Shown: positions 9,726 to 22,237 of the stretch, piece by piece
Layout: each line of letters opens with the position of its first letter
How positions within the stretch are numbered: position 1 is the first letter of the stretch
Assembly (NCBI GenBank): GCA_965225735.1
Contig: CBDDBN010000025.1
Coordinates: 169,963 to 201,962, forward strand
Length of the DNA: 32,000 nt
Reading direction: 5' to 3'
Source: Denitrobaculum sp.
GTDB lineage: Bacteria; Pseudomonadota; Alphaproteobacteria; Kiloniellales; Kiloniellaceae
Made by a program: the position numbers and the translations under genes
The notes under the pieces: generated by a model
The model's database searches: none
Told to the model about the DNA's origin: nothing
The model's input: only the letters and a program-made list of their open reading frames with translations

Positions 9726-10754
9726 TCATGCTGCGAGCCTGTGGGCGTCCTCCTGCTTCCACTGCAGGGTGACGCTTTCGCCGATTTCAACTGGCTGCTC
9801 GAAAAAGAGTTCATCGCGCAGGGTCGCGGTCAGGAGGCCTTTGGACCCGCCGTCCAAAGCGACGTTGACCGTTGTTCCCAGGAATTCGATATCCCGCACC
9901 TGCGCTTCCAGAACGCTGGCGACATCGATCTCTCCACCCTGACTTTGCGCGCGGATCTGAATACGGTCCGTCCGGATCGCGATCGGTCCTTGCTCCGTCT
10001 GGACGACATTGTGTCCACCGATAAAGCGGGCAACAAACTCCGAACGCGGCGCGTTAAAGACTTCATGCGGCGTTCCTGACTGCTCGATCACCGCCTCGTT
10101 CATCACGATGATGTCGTCTGCGAGTGCCAGCGCTTCGTCCTGGCTGTGAGTCACATGGACGAAAGAGATGCCCAGTTCGCGTTGCAGCTTCTTGAGTTCC
10201 GCGCGCATCTTGGTGCGTAAGAAAGGATCGAGAGCCGACAGCGGTTCGTCGAGCAGAAGAATGGAAGGTTCCGTGATCAGGGCCCGCGCCAGCGCCACCC
10301 GCTGCTGTTGCCCGCCGGAGAGCTGAGCAGGCAGACGATCCGCATAGGCCTCCATGTGCACCAACTCGAGCAACTTCATCGCATCGGCCCGGCGGATTTC
10401 CTTCGCGACGCCCTGCATTTTCTTGCTGAACGCGACATTGTCGACGACGGACAGATGGGGAAAGAGCGCATAGTTTTGGAACATCATCGCCGTACCGCGC
10501 TTGGCCGGCGGCAGATCGGTGATGTTGACGCCGCCCAAGACGATATCCCCAGCCGAAACCACCTCGTGACCGGCAATCATGCGCAGCGTCGAAGACTTGC
10601 CGCAGCCCGACGGCCCCAGCAGACAGGAGTAGCTGCCCGCTGCGAATTTATGATTGATCGCGTTCACCGCGATCGTCTCGCCGTACGCCTTCGTGACAGT
10701 CACAAGTTCGAGCGTGGACAAGGTCGATCCCCCGAAAAGAGTCCCTCTGCTCAC
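9726..10754 (-). CDS. ABC transporter ATP-binding protein (PotA-like)
   Basis: 342 aa. Walker A GPSGCGKSS, signature LSGGQQQRVALARAL, Walker B ILLLDEPLSALD, and a C-terminal TOBE-like region. Confidence 0.9.
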   Translation of the reverse strand: MSRGTLFGGSTLSTLELVTVTKAYGETIAVNAINHKFAAGSYSCLLGPSGCGKSSTLRMIAGHEVVSAGDIVLGGVNITDLPPAKRGTAMMFQNYALFPHLSVVDNVAFSKKMQGVAKEIRRADAMKLLELVHMEAYADRLPAQLSGGQQQRVALARALITEPSILLLDEPLSALDPFLRTKMRAELKKLQRELGISFVHVTHSQDEALALADDIIVMNEAVIEQSGTPHEVFNAPRSEFVARFIGGHNVVQTEQGPIAIRTDRIQIRAQSQGGEIDVASVLEAQVRDIEFLGTTVNVALDGGSKGLLTATLRDELFFEQPVEIGESVTLQWKQEDAHRLAA

Positions 10755-10874
10755 TGAATTGCAACGGCTATGCCAAGGTTTGAATTTCTTTTTAACCGTT
10801 GATTTTACTTGATAATTTTTTCCACCTCTGGAGCAGAACCAACATTGCTGTCTAAAAAACCATCATTCTGCACA

Positions 10875-10901
10875 CGATTCAAGCAGTAATCGTATACGAT
10901 T
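10875..10901. promoter_or_regulatory. Candidate GntR-type operator: perfect palindrome AATCGTATACGATT plus an extra ACGATT half-site
   Basis: 10888-10901 is its own reverse complement and contains the GT-N-AC core typical of GntR/FadR-class operators. A third half-site, ACGATT, sits at 10875-10880. The site lies in the 301-bp AT-rich gap between the transporter operon and the GntR gene. Confidence 0.4.
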
Positions 10902-11055
10902 TTTTCTTGTGCCTTTTCGTGACCGGGTCTATGTCCATTAGGGCTTGCTGGCTCATGTGCTCGCTGGAGACCGCAACTTTCCAGTTGCCCCTCTGTCGAA
11001 GAAACGCGATCAAGCATCACACTGTGTGACAGAGCCCGTTTGGAGATTTTTGGAA

Positions 11056-11808
11056 ATGTCCTCGCCCGCTGCCAAGTCAGGGACGGCCTCAGCGAAACCC
11101 TCTCGCGTTGAGGGTTTTGACGGCGCTTTTTCCCTGCCGCCGGGACGCGCGCTCGGCATTTGCCTGCAACTACAAAACGCCATTATCGAGCACCGCCTGC
11201 ATCCGGGCCTTAAGCTTTCGGAAGACGAAGTGGGCGAAATTTACGGCGCGGGCCGCACAGTGGTCCGTTCAGCGCTGCAGGCCCTCGCCCACAGCGGCCT
11301 GGTAGAGATCAAACGCAACCGCGGTGCCTATGTGGCCAAGCCGACTGTTCGCGATGCCCATGAGGTCTTCGAAGCCCGCGCATTGATCGAACCGGAGGTC
11401 GCCCGCCTCGCCGCGGGTAAGATATCCGACGCAGACCTGAAGCGCCTGGAGCAACACATCGAGGCCGAACACCAGGCCCTTGCCGAGAAGAATATGGGCA
11501 AGGCCCTCGCGCTCTCAGGCCTCTTCCACATCGACATCGCCGACATCGCCGACCACAGCGTCTACGCCGCGATGATCCAATCCCTGATCACCAAGTCGTC
11601 GCTGATCATCGCCCTCTACTGGATGCGCCCCGACACCACCTGCGAAAGCCACGCCCACCACGCCCTCATGGACGCCCTCGCCGCGCAGGACGGCGATGCG
11701 GCACATGCGGTCATGCGCAGTCACCTGATCGATCTGCACTCAGGACTGAATTTGAAAGGCCAGCCGAAGCAGGAAACGTCGCTGGCAGAGGCGTTGGCGG
11801 GGGGGTAG
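11056..11808 (+). CDS. GntR-family transcriptional regulator with FCD ligand domain
   Basis: Start re-called at the ATG at 11056 (MSSPAAKSG...). Winged-helix block LSEDEVGEIYGAGRTVVRSALQALAHSGLVEIKRNRGAYV, then a helical FCD-like C-terminal half with conserved His residues. Confidence 0.85.
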   Translation: MSSPAAKSGTASAKPSRVEGFDGAFSLPPGRALGICLQLQNAIIEHRLHPGLKLSEDEVGEIYGAGRTVVRSALQALAHSGLVEIKRNRGAYVAKPTVRDAHEVFEARALIEPEVARLAAGKISDADLKRLEQHIEAEHQALAEKNMGKALALSGLFHIDIADIADHSVYAAMIQSLITKSSLIIALYWMRPDTTCESHAHHALMDALAAQDGDAAHAVMRSHLIDLHSGLNLKGQPKQETSLAEALAGG

Positions 11809-11899
11809 ATGAAATCATACGAGCTTGGGAACTTAGGAATTTCCGGCGTGAGCCCAACTCCATCCACAGTCGGCGTTCGCGAAACACAGTGTTGCAATG

Positions 11900-12736
11900 C
11901 TAAGAAAACGAGCGCCGCAAAACGTTACTCAGGTTGTCGACGAGTGTCACAGCGATCAGGATGACGATGAGGATTGCTCCGACCTGCGGGTAATCCAAGA
12001 GCCGCAGTGAGCCAACGAGTTCCGTTCCAATCCCTCCAGCGCCAACCATTCCCATAACGGTCGATGCCCGGAAATTGTATTCCCAGCGGTACATGCTGAC
12101 ATCCGCAAACTGCGGAAAAACCTGCGGGAGGACAGCGTGGGTGACCACCTGCATTTTTGTTGCGCCGGTCGCCTCGGCGGCTTCGATTGGGGCGGGATGG
12201 GCGTGCTCGATGGCTTCGGCGAAAAACTTGCCAACCATGCCGACGGAGTGAAGACCGAGTGCGAGCACACCGGGCAGCATGCCGAAGCCAACGGCTGCAA
12301 CAAAGACAATCCCTAGGATCAATTCGGGAATGGAACGCAACGTGTTCAGGACGAGGCGCGCCGCATGATAGACGGACTTGTTTGGCGCCGTATTCGAAGC
12401 GGCGAGAAAGCCCAGCGGCAGGGACAAGACTATGGCCAGCGCCGTACCCGCAACAGACATGGCAACGGTATCGATAAGGGGACTGATCCAGGCGCGCCAG
12501 CGGGTAAAGTCAGGCGGCACCATTTCCCCGAAGACGATGGAAATGGCCGGAATGCCTTCCGCCATGCGCCCCGTGTTTAAAAGCTCTGTGACCCACATGC
12601 ACATAAGAATAAAGACGATGGCGCCGACAACCTTTGCAAGCCGCGTAAAACGACCACGCCTCTCCAGGTCCAAAACGGCGCCGATTTCATCGTCACGGCG
12701 GTCAAAGGACGGAACATCCGCCATTGCCATCTCCAC
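11900..12736 (-). CDS. ptxC: Phosphite/phosphonate ABC transporter permease (PhnE family)
   Basis: 278 aa. PhnE-type blocks RSIPELILGIVFV and MGMVGAGGIG. Third gene of an A-B-C unit facing ptxD. Confidence 0.85.
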   Translation of the reverse strand: MEMAMADVPSFDRRDDEIGAVLDLERRGRFTRLAKVVGAIVFILMCMWVTELLNTGRMAEGIPAISIVFGEMVPPDFTRWRAWISPLIDTVAMSVAGTALAIVLSLPLGFLAASNTAPNKSVYHAARLVLNTLRSIPELILGIVFVAAVGFGMLPGVLALGLHSVGMVGKFFAEAIEHAHPAPIEAAEATGATKMQVVTHAVLPQVFPQFADVSMYRWEYNFRASTVMGMVGAGGIGTELVGSLRLLDYPQVGAILIVILIAVTLVDNLSNVLRRSFS

Positions 12737-12780
12737 AAATTCGCCCGGCGGCGCGAAACCGCCGGGCGGGCAAGAACTGC

Positions 12781-13665
12781 TTATTTCACGTTTGAGCGGA
12801 TATCGCGGATGATGTCATAGTCTTTGTCCGCAATCTCGGCGAAACCATCCGACTTGAACGGCTTCAAGACGGCATCACCTTCCGGCGTACCTTTTTTGAG
12901 GCTATAGAAAGCAGTGCGCAGTTGATTGCGGACATCTTCCTTCAGATCGGTGCGCAGCACCCAGGGGTACTGTGGGATGTCGGCTGAATAGGTCAGGACT
13001 TTCACCTTGGCCGGGTCGATCTTGCCCTTTTCGACGAGGCTTTCGAAGATCGGGCGGCTAAGGCCACCCACCTGGGCGTTTCCGCGCTGCACGTTGATGG
13101 CGACAGCATCATGGGCACCCAGGAAGTTCTGCTTGTAGTCCTTCCCATGCTTCACACCAGCGAGCTGCATAGTGTATTTCGGCGCGAAATGACTGGATGT
13201 TGAGGCCTGATCGCCAAAGGCAACATCGACGCCAGAACCCTTTATGTCGTCGATACTTTCGATACCGCTTTCCGCATTCGCGATAATCACTGACTGATAG
13301 GTTGTCGCACCCCCTTTGAGGCGTGCCGCGAAGGGTTCGATATCCAGCTCGCCACCTGCCATTTTCTCTTTGGCAATGGTGTAAGAAGCCGGACCGAAGT
13401 AGGCGATATCGATCCGGCCGAATCGCATAGCCTCAATCATGGAAGAATAGTCCGTGGTCACGATAAGCTCGATGGATTTGCCAAGCTTGTCTTCCAGGTA
13501 ATCTTTGAGACCTTGATTGTCCTGGATCACCGTTGCGGCATTTTCATCCGGCAACAGAGCGACCTTTAGTTTGTCCGGGTTGTAGTCACCGGCCAGTGCA
13601 AAACTGGCCCCAAAGATGAGGCTCGCGGCAGCAGCCACAGTTGATAGGAACGCACGACGTTTCAT
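12781..13665 (-). CDS. ptxB: Phosphite-binding periplasmic protein (PhnD family, PtxB-like)
   Basis: 294 aa with a signal peptide. The blocks LKVALLPDENA and LIVTTDYSSMIEAMRFGRIDIAYFGP match my recollection of P. stutzeri PtxB closely. Confidence 0.8.
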   Translation of the reverse strand: MKRRAFLSTVAAAASLIFGASFALAGDYNPDKLKVALLPDENAATVIQDNQGLKDYLEDKLGKSIELIVTTDYSSMIEAMRFGRIDIAYFGPASYTIAKEKMAGGELDIEPFAARLKGGATTYQSVIIANAESGIESIDDIKGSGVDVAFGDQASTSSHFAPKYTMQLAGVKHGKDYKQNFLGAHDAVAINVQRGNAQVGGLSRPIFESLVEKGKIDPAKVKVLTYSADIPQYPWVLRTDLKEDVRNQLRTAFYSLKKGTPEGDAVLKPFKSDGFAEIADKDYDIIRDIRSNVK

Positions 13666-13726
13666 TTTCAGTCTCCCTCAGTTCGTCGTCTCCGAAATGA
13701 GCAAACCGGACGCGGTCTGCTCGAAA

Positions 13727-14527
13727 CTATGTGCCGTAAATGCCTTTGAGGACCGTCTCCGTCAGCCTTTCCGGCCTGTCGTCGAAGACGACGTGTCCGC
13801 TCGAAAGGCCGATGATCCGGTCTGCAAATTCTCGGGCATATTCCAACTGGTGCAGGCTGACGATCACCGGGATCTTGTCTTCCTTGCAGATCTGCTTGAG
13901 CAGCGAGAGCACGCGGCGGGACGAGGCTGGATCGAGCGAAGCCACCGGTTCGTCCGCGAGGATCATGCGCGGCTGTTGCGCAAGGGCGCGGGCGATGCCG
14001 ACGCGCTGTTGCTGACCGCCGGAAAGGCTATCGCAACGCACCAGGGCCTTTTCGAAAAGCGACACGCGGTCAAGACATTCCAGCGCAATCCTTCGCTCGT
14101 CAGCGCCCAGGGGCAAAAGCGTGCGCCAGAAGGAATGTCTACCAAGCCTGCCGGTCAGCACATTTTGAAGTGCGGTTTGACGTCCGATCAGCTGGTGCTG
14201 CTGAAACACCATGGCCGTCTCGCGGCGGTGTTCGCGGATGGCCTCTGCGGTCCCAAGCTCGCCTTTGTCGCGTACCGAGATCGTCCCGCCCGTCGGCTTA
14301 ACCAAGAGATTCATAGAGCGAAGAAGGGACGATTTTCCAGCGCCTGACGGCCCCAGAAGAACCGTCACAGAGTCATCGTCGATGTCGAGAGAAAGAGGTG
14401 ACAGCGCCACTGTGCCGTTGGGGTAGATAACCTCAACATCCTGAAGGCTGATAATGGGTCGCCGAGTCTCTTCGGATACCAGCCGCGTATCGCGCATCTG
14501 AATTGCGAAGCTTGCCTGGGTGTTCAT
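13727..14527 (-). CDS. ptxA: Phosphite/phosphonate ABC transporter ATP-binding protein (PhnC family)
   Basis: 266 aa. Walker A GPSGAGKSS, signature LSGGQQQRVGIARAL, Walker B ILADEPVASLD. Confidence 0.85.
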   Translation of the reverse strand: MNTQASFAIQMRDTRLVSEETRRPIISLQDVEVIYPNGTVALSPLSLDIDDDSVTVLLGPSGAGKSSLLRSMNLLVKPTGGTISVRDKGELGTAEAIREHRRETAMVFQQHQLIGRQTALQNVLTGRLGRHSFWRTLLPLGADERRIALECLDRVSLFEKALVRCDSLSGGQQQRVGIARALAQQPRMILADEPVASLDPASSRRVLSLLKQICKEDKIPVIVSLHQLEYAREFADRIIGLSSGHVVFDDRPERLTETVLKGIYGT

Positions 14528-14576
14528 GTGCCACTCCTCATAGGGAGTTCACTTAACATTCTAAGATGTAATTCAA

Positions 14577-14583
14577 ATGACAG
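14577..14583 (-). promoter_or_regulatory. Candidate Pho-box half-site CTGTCAT upstream of ptxA
   Basis: The minus strand reads CTGTCAT-TTGA-ATTACAT. The first heptamer matches the Pho-box half-site perfectly and the second, 11 bp later, matches 4 of 7. It lies about 50 nt upstream of the ptxA ATG. Confidence 0.3.
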
Positions 14584-14638
14584 TTGATTTGTTTTTTACA
14601 ATTTATTAGATCTTGCAAATCTTCAGACTGCAGAGCAG

Positions 14639-15649
14639 ATGAGCGCGATGTCCCCATACAAAATCGTTGTTGCCCAACCGGTTGAGAAGGATGTGATCGA
14701 CGATCTCTCCGCCCTCGGCCCCGTTTTCATGAATGAAGGCCCTGAGCCTCTTGTGAAGGACGCATTACACCAGCACTGCACAAACGCAGCCGCCTTGATG
14801 GCCTTCATGACCGAATGCGTGGATGAAAGCTTTCTCGACGCCTGTCCGGATTTGAAAATTGTGGCGGGCGCGTTGAAGGGGTTTGACAACATCAATGTTG
14901 ATGCCTGCTCGCGGCGCAACATTGCCGTTACCATCGTCCCGGACCTTCTGACCGAACCCACGGCCGAGCTCGCCATCGGGCTCATGATCGGCGTGTCACG
15001 CCACATGATACCGGCAGATCACTACGTTCGGTCGGGGCAGTTCGCCGGATGGCGGCCACGCTTCTATGGAAGCTCCATTCAGGGCGCAACGGTCGGTGTG
15101 GTAGGCGCCGGGCGCGTGGGTCAGTCGATACTGAAACTGCTCGAAGGCTTTCGTTGCAAGCGGCTTTATTTTGATCACGAGGCCTTGTCACCAAGCCAGG
15201 AACTGGCATTGAAAGCCACATACGCACCGTTGGATGAGTTGAAGACGCAGTCTGATTTCCTCGTGCTCGCCCTGCCGCTCACGGACGAGACGATGGGGCT
15301 CGTGGATCAGAACTTTATCGATGGCATGAAGCCGGGCAGCTATCTCATCAACCCGGCCAGAGGCTCTCTCGTCGTGGAAAGCGCCGTGGCTAACGCTCTG
15401 GAAAGCGGTCATCTTGCCGGTTTCGCCGCGGATGTTTTCGAGGCCGAAGACTGGGCGCGGGCCGACCGTCCTGACAAGGTGCACGCGAGCCTTCGACAGT
15501 CGGACCGCACCATGCTCACGCCCCATATCGGATCGGCGGTGACCGATGTGCGCAGGGCTATCGTTCGCTCTGCTGCGGACAGCATAAATTCCGTCTTAAG
15601 CGGTACCTTCCCAGCGACAACCATCAATGCCGATGCGCTGAAAGGGTAA
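14639..15649 (+). CDS. ptxD: NAD-dependent phosphite dehydrogenase (D-2-hydroxyacid dehydrogenase superfamily)
   Basis: 336 aa, the same length as P. stutzeri PtxD. Shared blocks: ALKGFDNINVDAC, VPDLLTEPTAELAIGL, YVRSGQFAGWRPRFYG, Rossmann GVVGAGRVGQ, NPARGS (catalytic Arg), ADVFEAEDWARADRP (Glu), TPHIGSAV (His). Phosphite-type ABC transporter genes sit adjacent. Confidence 0.88.
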   Translation: MSAMSPYKIVVAQPVEKDVIDDLSALGPVFMNEGPEPLVKDALHQHCTNAAALMAFMTECVDESFLDACPDLKIVAGALKGFDNINVDACSRRNIAVTIVPDLLTEPTAELAIGLMIGVSRHMIPADHYVRSGQFAGWRPRFYGSSIQGATVGVVGAGRVGQSILKLLEGFRCKRLYFDHEALSPSQELALKATYAPLDELKTQSDFLVLALPLTDETMGLVDQNFIDGMKPGSYLINPARGSLVVESAVANALESGHLAGFAADVFEAEDWARADRPDKVHASLRQSDRTMLTPHIGSAVTDVRRAIVRSAADSINSVLSGTFPATTINADALKG

Positions 15650-15653
15650 GAGC

Positions 15654-16550
15654 TTGGTGAACCTCACATTCGTCAAAAGCTTTGTCACCCTTGTCGAAAC
15701 CGGCTCCTTTCAAAAGGCTGCCGAGCGCCTGAATCTCGCGCAACCAACTCTGTCGCAACACATTAGCAAGCTTGAAGAAAGTCTTGGCGTCCAACTGATC
15801 GAACGCCGGCGCGTAGGGAGTCGCGCCACACCCGAGGGTGAGACTGCGCTGGCGATCGCAAGAACGTTGCTGACGACCGCTGAGCATATGGTGCAAGCGG
15901 TGAAGCATGACTTCGTACGGATAGGCGCCAGCAGTAACATTGCGGAATACTATGTTGCCCCTGCCCTTTCGCAGCTTGAGTTAGCGGATGGGCAGACGCT
16001 TCAATGGCAGATCGAGCAAGCCGACAACCCCAGTCTGATTCTGCGGCTAAGAGACGGCTTGGTCGACATTGCGATTACCGAATGGGAACCGGATGAACAG
16101 GGCTTTGAGTCCCGTTTCTGGCGATCCGAAGAGATGGTCATTATCCTGCCGCCAGAACACCGTCACGCCTCTCAAAGCGAAATATCCCTGGCCGATTTGT
16201 CGGCGATACCGATGATTGGCGGCGGTCAGGGCACGGGCACGGGCACCCTTCTGCGCGAAGTTTTGGGGCCCAAGGCTAACCAGCTCAAAACCAGCGTTGC
16301 CATGGGCTCGACGCAGGCGGTCAAGAGCGCCGTAGCATCGGGCCTGGGCTGCTCGATTGTTCTGCGCGGTTGTGTGGAGACTGACCTGAAAGCCAAGGCT
16401 TTGGCAGCTTTGACGCTGAAGGGCTATGAGCTCCGAAAGTCCTTCTACATTTCCTTTTCAAAGGACCGATACAACCATCCCGCCATTCAAAGCTTTATGA
16501 ATGGACTGATGGTACCTTTCCCTAAAACTCCACGCCTTTCTGTGCCTTGA
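15654..16550 (+). CDS. ptxE: LysR-family transcriptional regulator (PtxE-like position)
   Basis: 298 aa with a TTG/GTG start 5-8 bp after the ptxD stop. N-terminal HTH FVTLVETGSFQKAAERLNLAQPTLSQHISKLEESLGVQLIERR. The family call is firm; the ptxE assignment rests on position only. Confidence 0.75.
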   Translation: MVNLTFVKSFVTLVETGSFQKAAERLNLAQPTLSQHISKLEESLGVQLIERRRVGSRATPEGETALAIARTLLTTAEHMVQAVKHDFVRIGASSNIAEYYVAPALSQLELADGQTLQWQIEQADNPSLILRLRDGLVDIAITEWEPDEQGFESRFWRSEEMVIILPPEHRHASQSEISLADLSAIPMIGGGQGTGTGTLLREVLGPKANQLKTSVAMGSTQAVKSAVASGLGCSIVLRGCVETDLKAKALAALTLKGYELRKSFYISFSKDRYNHPAIQSFMNGLMVPFPKTPRLSVP

Positions 16551-17201
16551 CGCCCTGCTCCCGGAAGGGGTGTTTAATCTGCGTCATCTCCGTAACCAGG
16601 TCGGCGACCTCGATCAATTCGGGCTTGGCGTTGCGGCCGGTGACGATGACATGCAGGTCTTCGGGCCGGTTGTCGAGGAACTCGACCACCTCTTCCAGCG
16701 GCAGGTAATCGTAGCGTAGGACGATATTAAGTTCGTCCAGCAAAACCATGTCGTACTTGGGTTTTTCGCCATTTGACTTATCGACCCGACAAGCTTCGAT
16801 CATTTCCTTGGAGACTTCCCAGGCGCGCTTGGCGGCGGCGATGTCGCGGGCACGGTCCTGGGTATCCCAGGTGAAGCCCTCGCCCATAGTACGGATCTCG
16901 GCCAGGTCGGGGAAACGCTCCAGGACCACCCGCTCGCCGGTCTCCCACTTGCCCTTCACGTATTGCACCACGCCAACGCGCATGTCGTTTCCGATGGCCC
17001 GGGCGACCAGGCCGAAGGCGGCGGTCGACTTGCCCTTGCCTTTACCGGTGTGGACGATCAGGAGGCCCTTTTCCTCGGTCTTGGTCGCGAGCATCCGTTC
17101 GCGGGCGGCCTTGCGCTTGCGAGCTTTTTCGTTGGCCCGTTCGTTGATCTCGTCCTCGGTCAGTTCGCTCCTGGGTTTGTCGCTGGTCTGATCATTGGCA
17201 C

Positions 17202-17205
<4 letters not shown>
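16522..17205 (-). CDS. cobO: Cob(I)yrinic acid a,c-diamide adenosyltransferase
   Basis: 227 aa. P-loop HTGKGKGKSTAAFG and VVQYVKGKW are typical of CobO/BtuR. The start overlaps the cobN stop by ATGA. Confidence 0.9.
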
Positions 17206-21029
<3,824 letters not shown>

Positions 21030-21112
21030 GGATGCTCTCGCCCTTCACGCCGATTGGTGCGTCCGGGCTCATGGATCCGGACACCCTTTTTACCTTATCC
21101 CGCAATCGCCCC

Positions 21113-22201
21113 TTATTCGGCAATTGCTGCGGCAGCCGCCTGCGGGACGCCTTGCGCCGCGGAACCGCCGGACGCCAGCTCCGCCCGGATCGCGTCGCTG
21201 TCCATATCCGCCTCGCCGATCACCACCAGCCGGGTGGACTGAATCTCCGCCGGCTGCCAGTCGCGGTCGTAGTAATGCTGCAGCCGCCCGCCAACGCCCT
21301 GAAGCACCAGGCGCATGTCCTTGCCGGCAACCTTGGCGAAGCCCTTGACCCGCAGGATGCCGTGCCGGGCGATCACCGGCAGCAGGCGCGCGACCAGGCT
21401 CTGCGGCGTCTCGACCTCGCCCAGGTCCACGGCGAAGGAAGTGAAGTCGTCATGGTCATGCTCGTGGCCATCGTCGTGGTGGCTGGGCCGGGAGTCCAGA
21501 TCGTCCTCGGCGGCGGCTTCCAGGCCCAAAAGAACCTGTGCGTCGACCTTGCCGTAAGAACTGCGCACCACCTTGACCTCGGGCCGGATCTCTTTCTTCA
21601 CGTCGCCCAGAACCTGCTCCAGCGCCGTCTCGTCCAGCAGGTCGGTCTTGTTGATCACCACCATGTCGGCGCAGGAGATCTGCTCCTCGAAAAGCTCCTC
21701 CAGCGGGCTTTCGTGATCGAGCGACTCGTCGGCCTTGCGCTGGGCATCCACCGCCGCCGGGTCGCTGGCGAAGAGGCCATCGGCCACCGCTGGGCCATCG
21801 ATCACGGTGATCACGCCGTCGACCGTCACCTTGGTGCGGATTTCCGGCCAGTTGAAGGCCTTGACCAGGGGCTTGGGCAGCGCGAGGCCGGAGGTCTCGA
21901 TGACAATATGGTCCGGCGGCTCGGGCCGGTTCAGTAGGGTCTCGATGGTCGGAATGAAGTCGTCGGCCACGGTGCAGCAGATGCAGCCGTTGGGCAACTC
22001 CAGCACCGCGTCTTCCTCGCAGCCCTCGATACCGCAGCCCTTGACGATCTCGCCGTCGACGCCCAGGTCGCCGAACTCGTTGATCACCAGGGCGATGCGC
22101 TTGCCGCCGGCGGTCTCCAGCAGGTGGCGGATGGTGCTGGTCTTACCGGCACCCAGGAAGCCGGTGATAACGGTTGCCGGGATTTTATTCGATTGGGACA
22201 T
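21113..22201 (-). CDS. cobW: CobW, COG0523 metallochaperone GTPase
   Basis: 362 aa. P-loop GFLGAGKTS, CxCC metal motif GCICCT, His/Asp-rich insert HHDDGHEHDHDD (21446-21481), located within the cob cluster. Confidence 0.9.
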   Translation of the reverse strand: MSQSNKIPATVITGFLGAGKTSTIRHLLETAGGKRIALVINEFGDLGVDGEIVKGCGIEGCEEDAVLELPNGCICCTVADDFIPTIETLLNRPEPPDHIVIETSGLALPKPLVKAFNWPEIRTKVTVDGVITVIDGPAVADGLFASDPAAVDAQRKADESLDHESPLEELFEEQISCADMVVINKTDLLDETALEQVLGDVKKEIRPEVKVVRSSYGKVDAQVLLGLEAAAEDDLDSRPSHHDDGHEHDHDDFTSFAVDLGEVETPQSLVARLLPVIARHGILRVKGFAKVAGKDMRLVLQGVGGRLQHYYDRDWQPAEIQSTRLVVIGEADMDSDAIRAELASGGSAAQGVPQAAAAAIAE

Positions 22202-22237
22202 CAGATCTGCTCACCACTGCCTGTTTAGCTTTTATTA

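Noticed and set aside
9668-9814. 49-aa extension upstream of the substrate-binding protein, and the long ORFs 9303-10079 (+) and 9221-9772 (+)
   Set aside because: The Tat-signal Met at 9667 has an AGGAG RBS. The extension and the opposite-strand ORFs lie inside or antisense to well-supported genes and have Arg/Ala/Pro-rich compositions typical of spurious high-GC ORFs.
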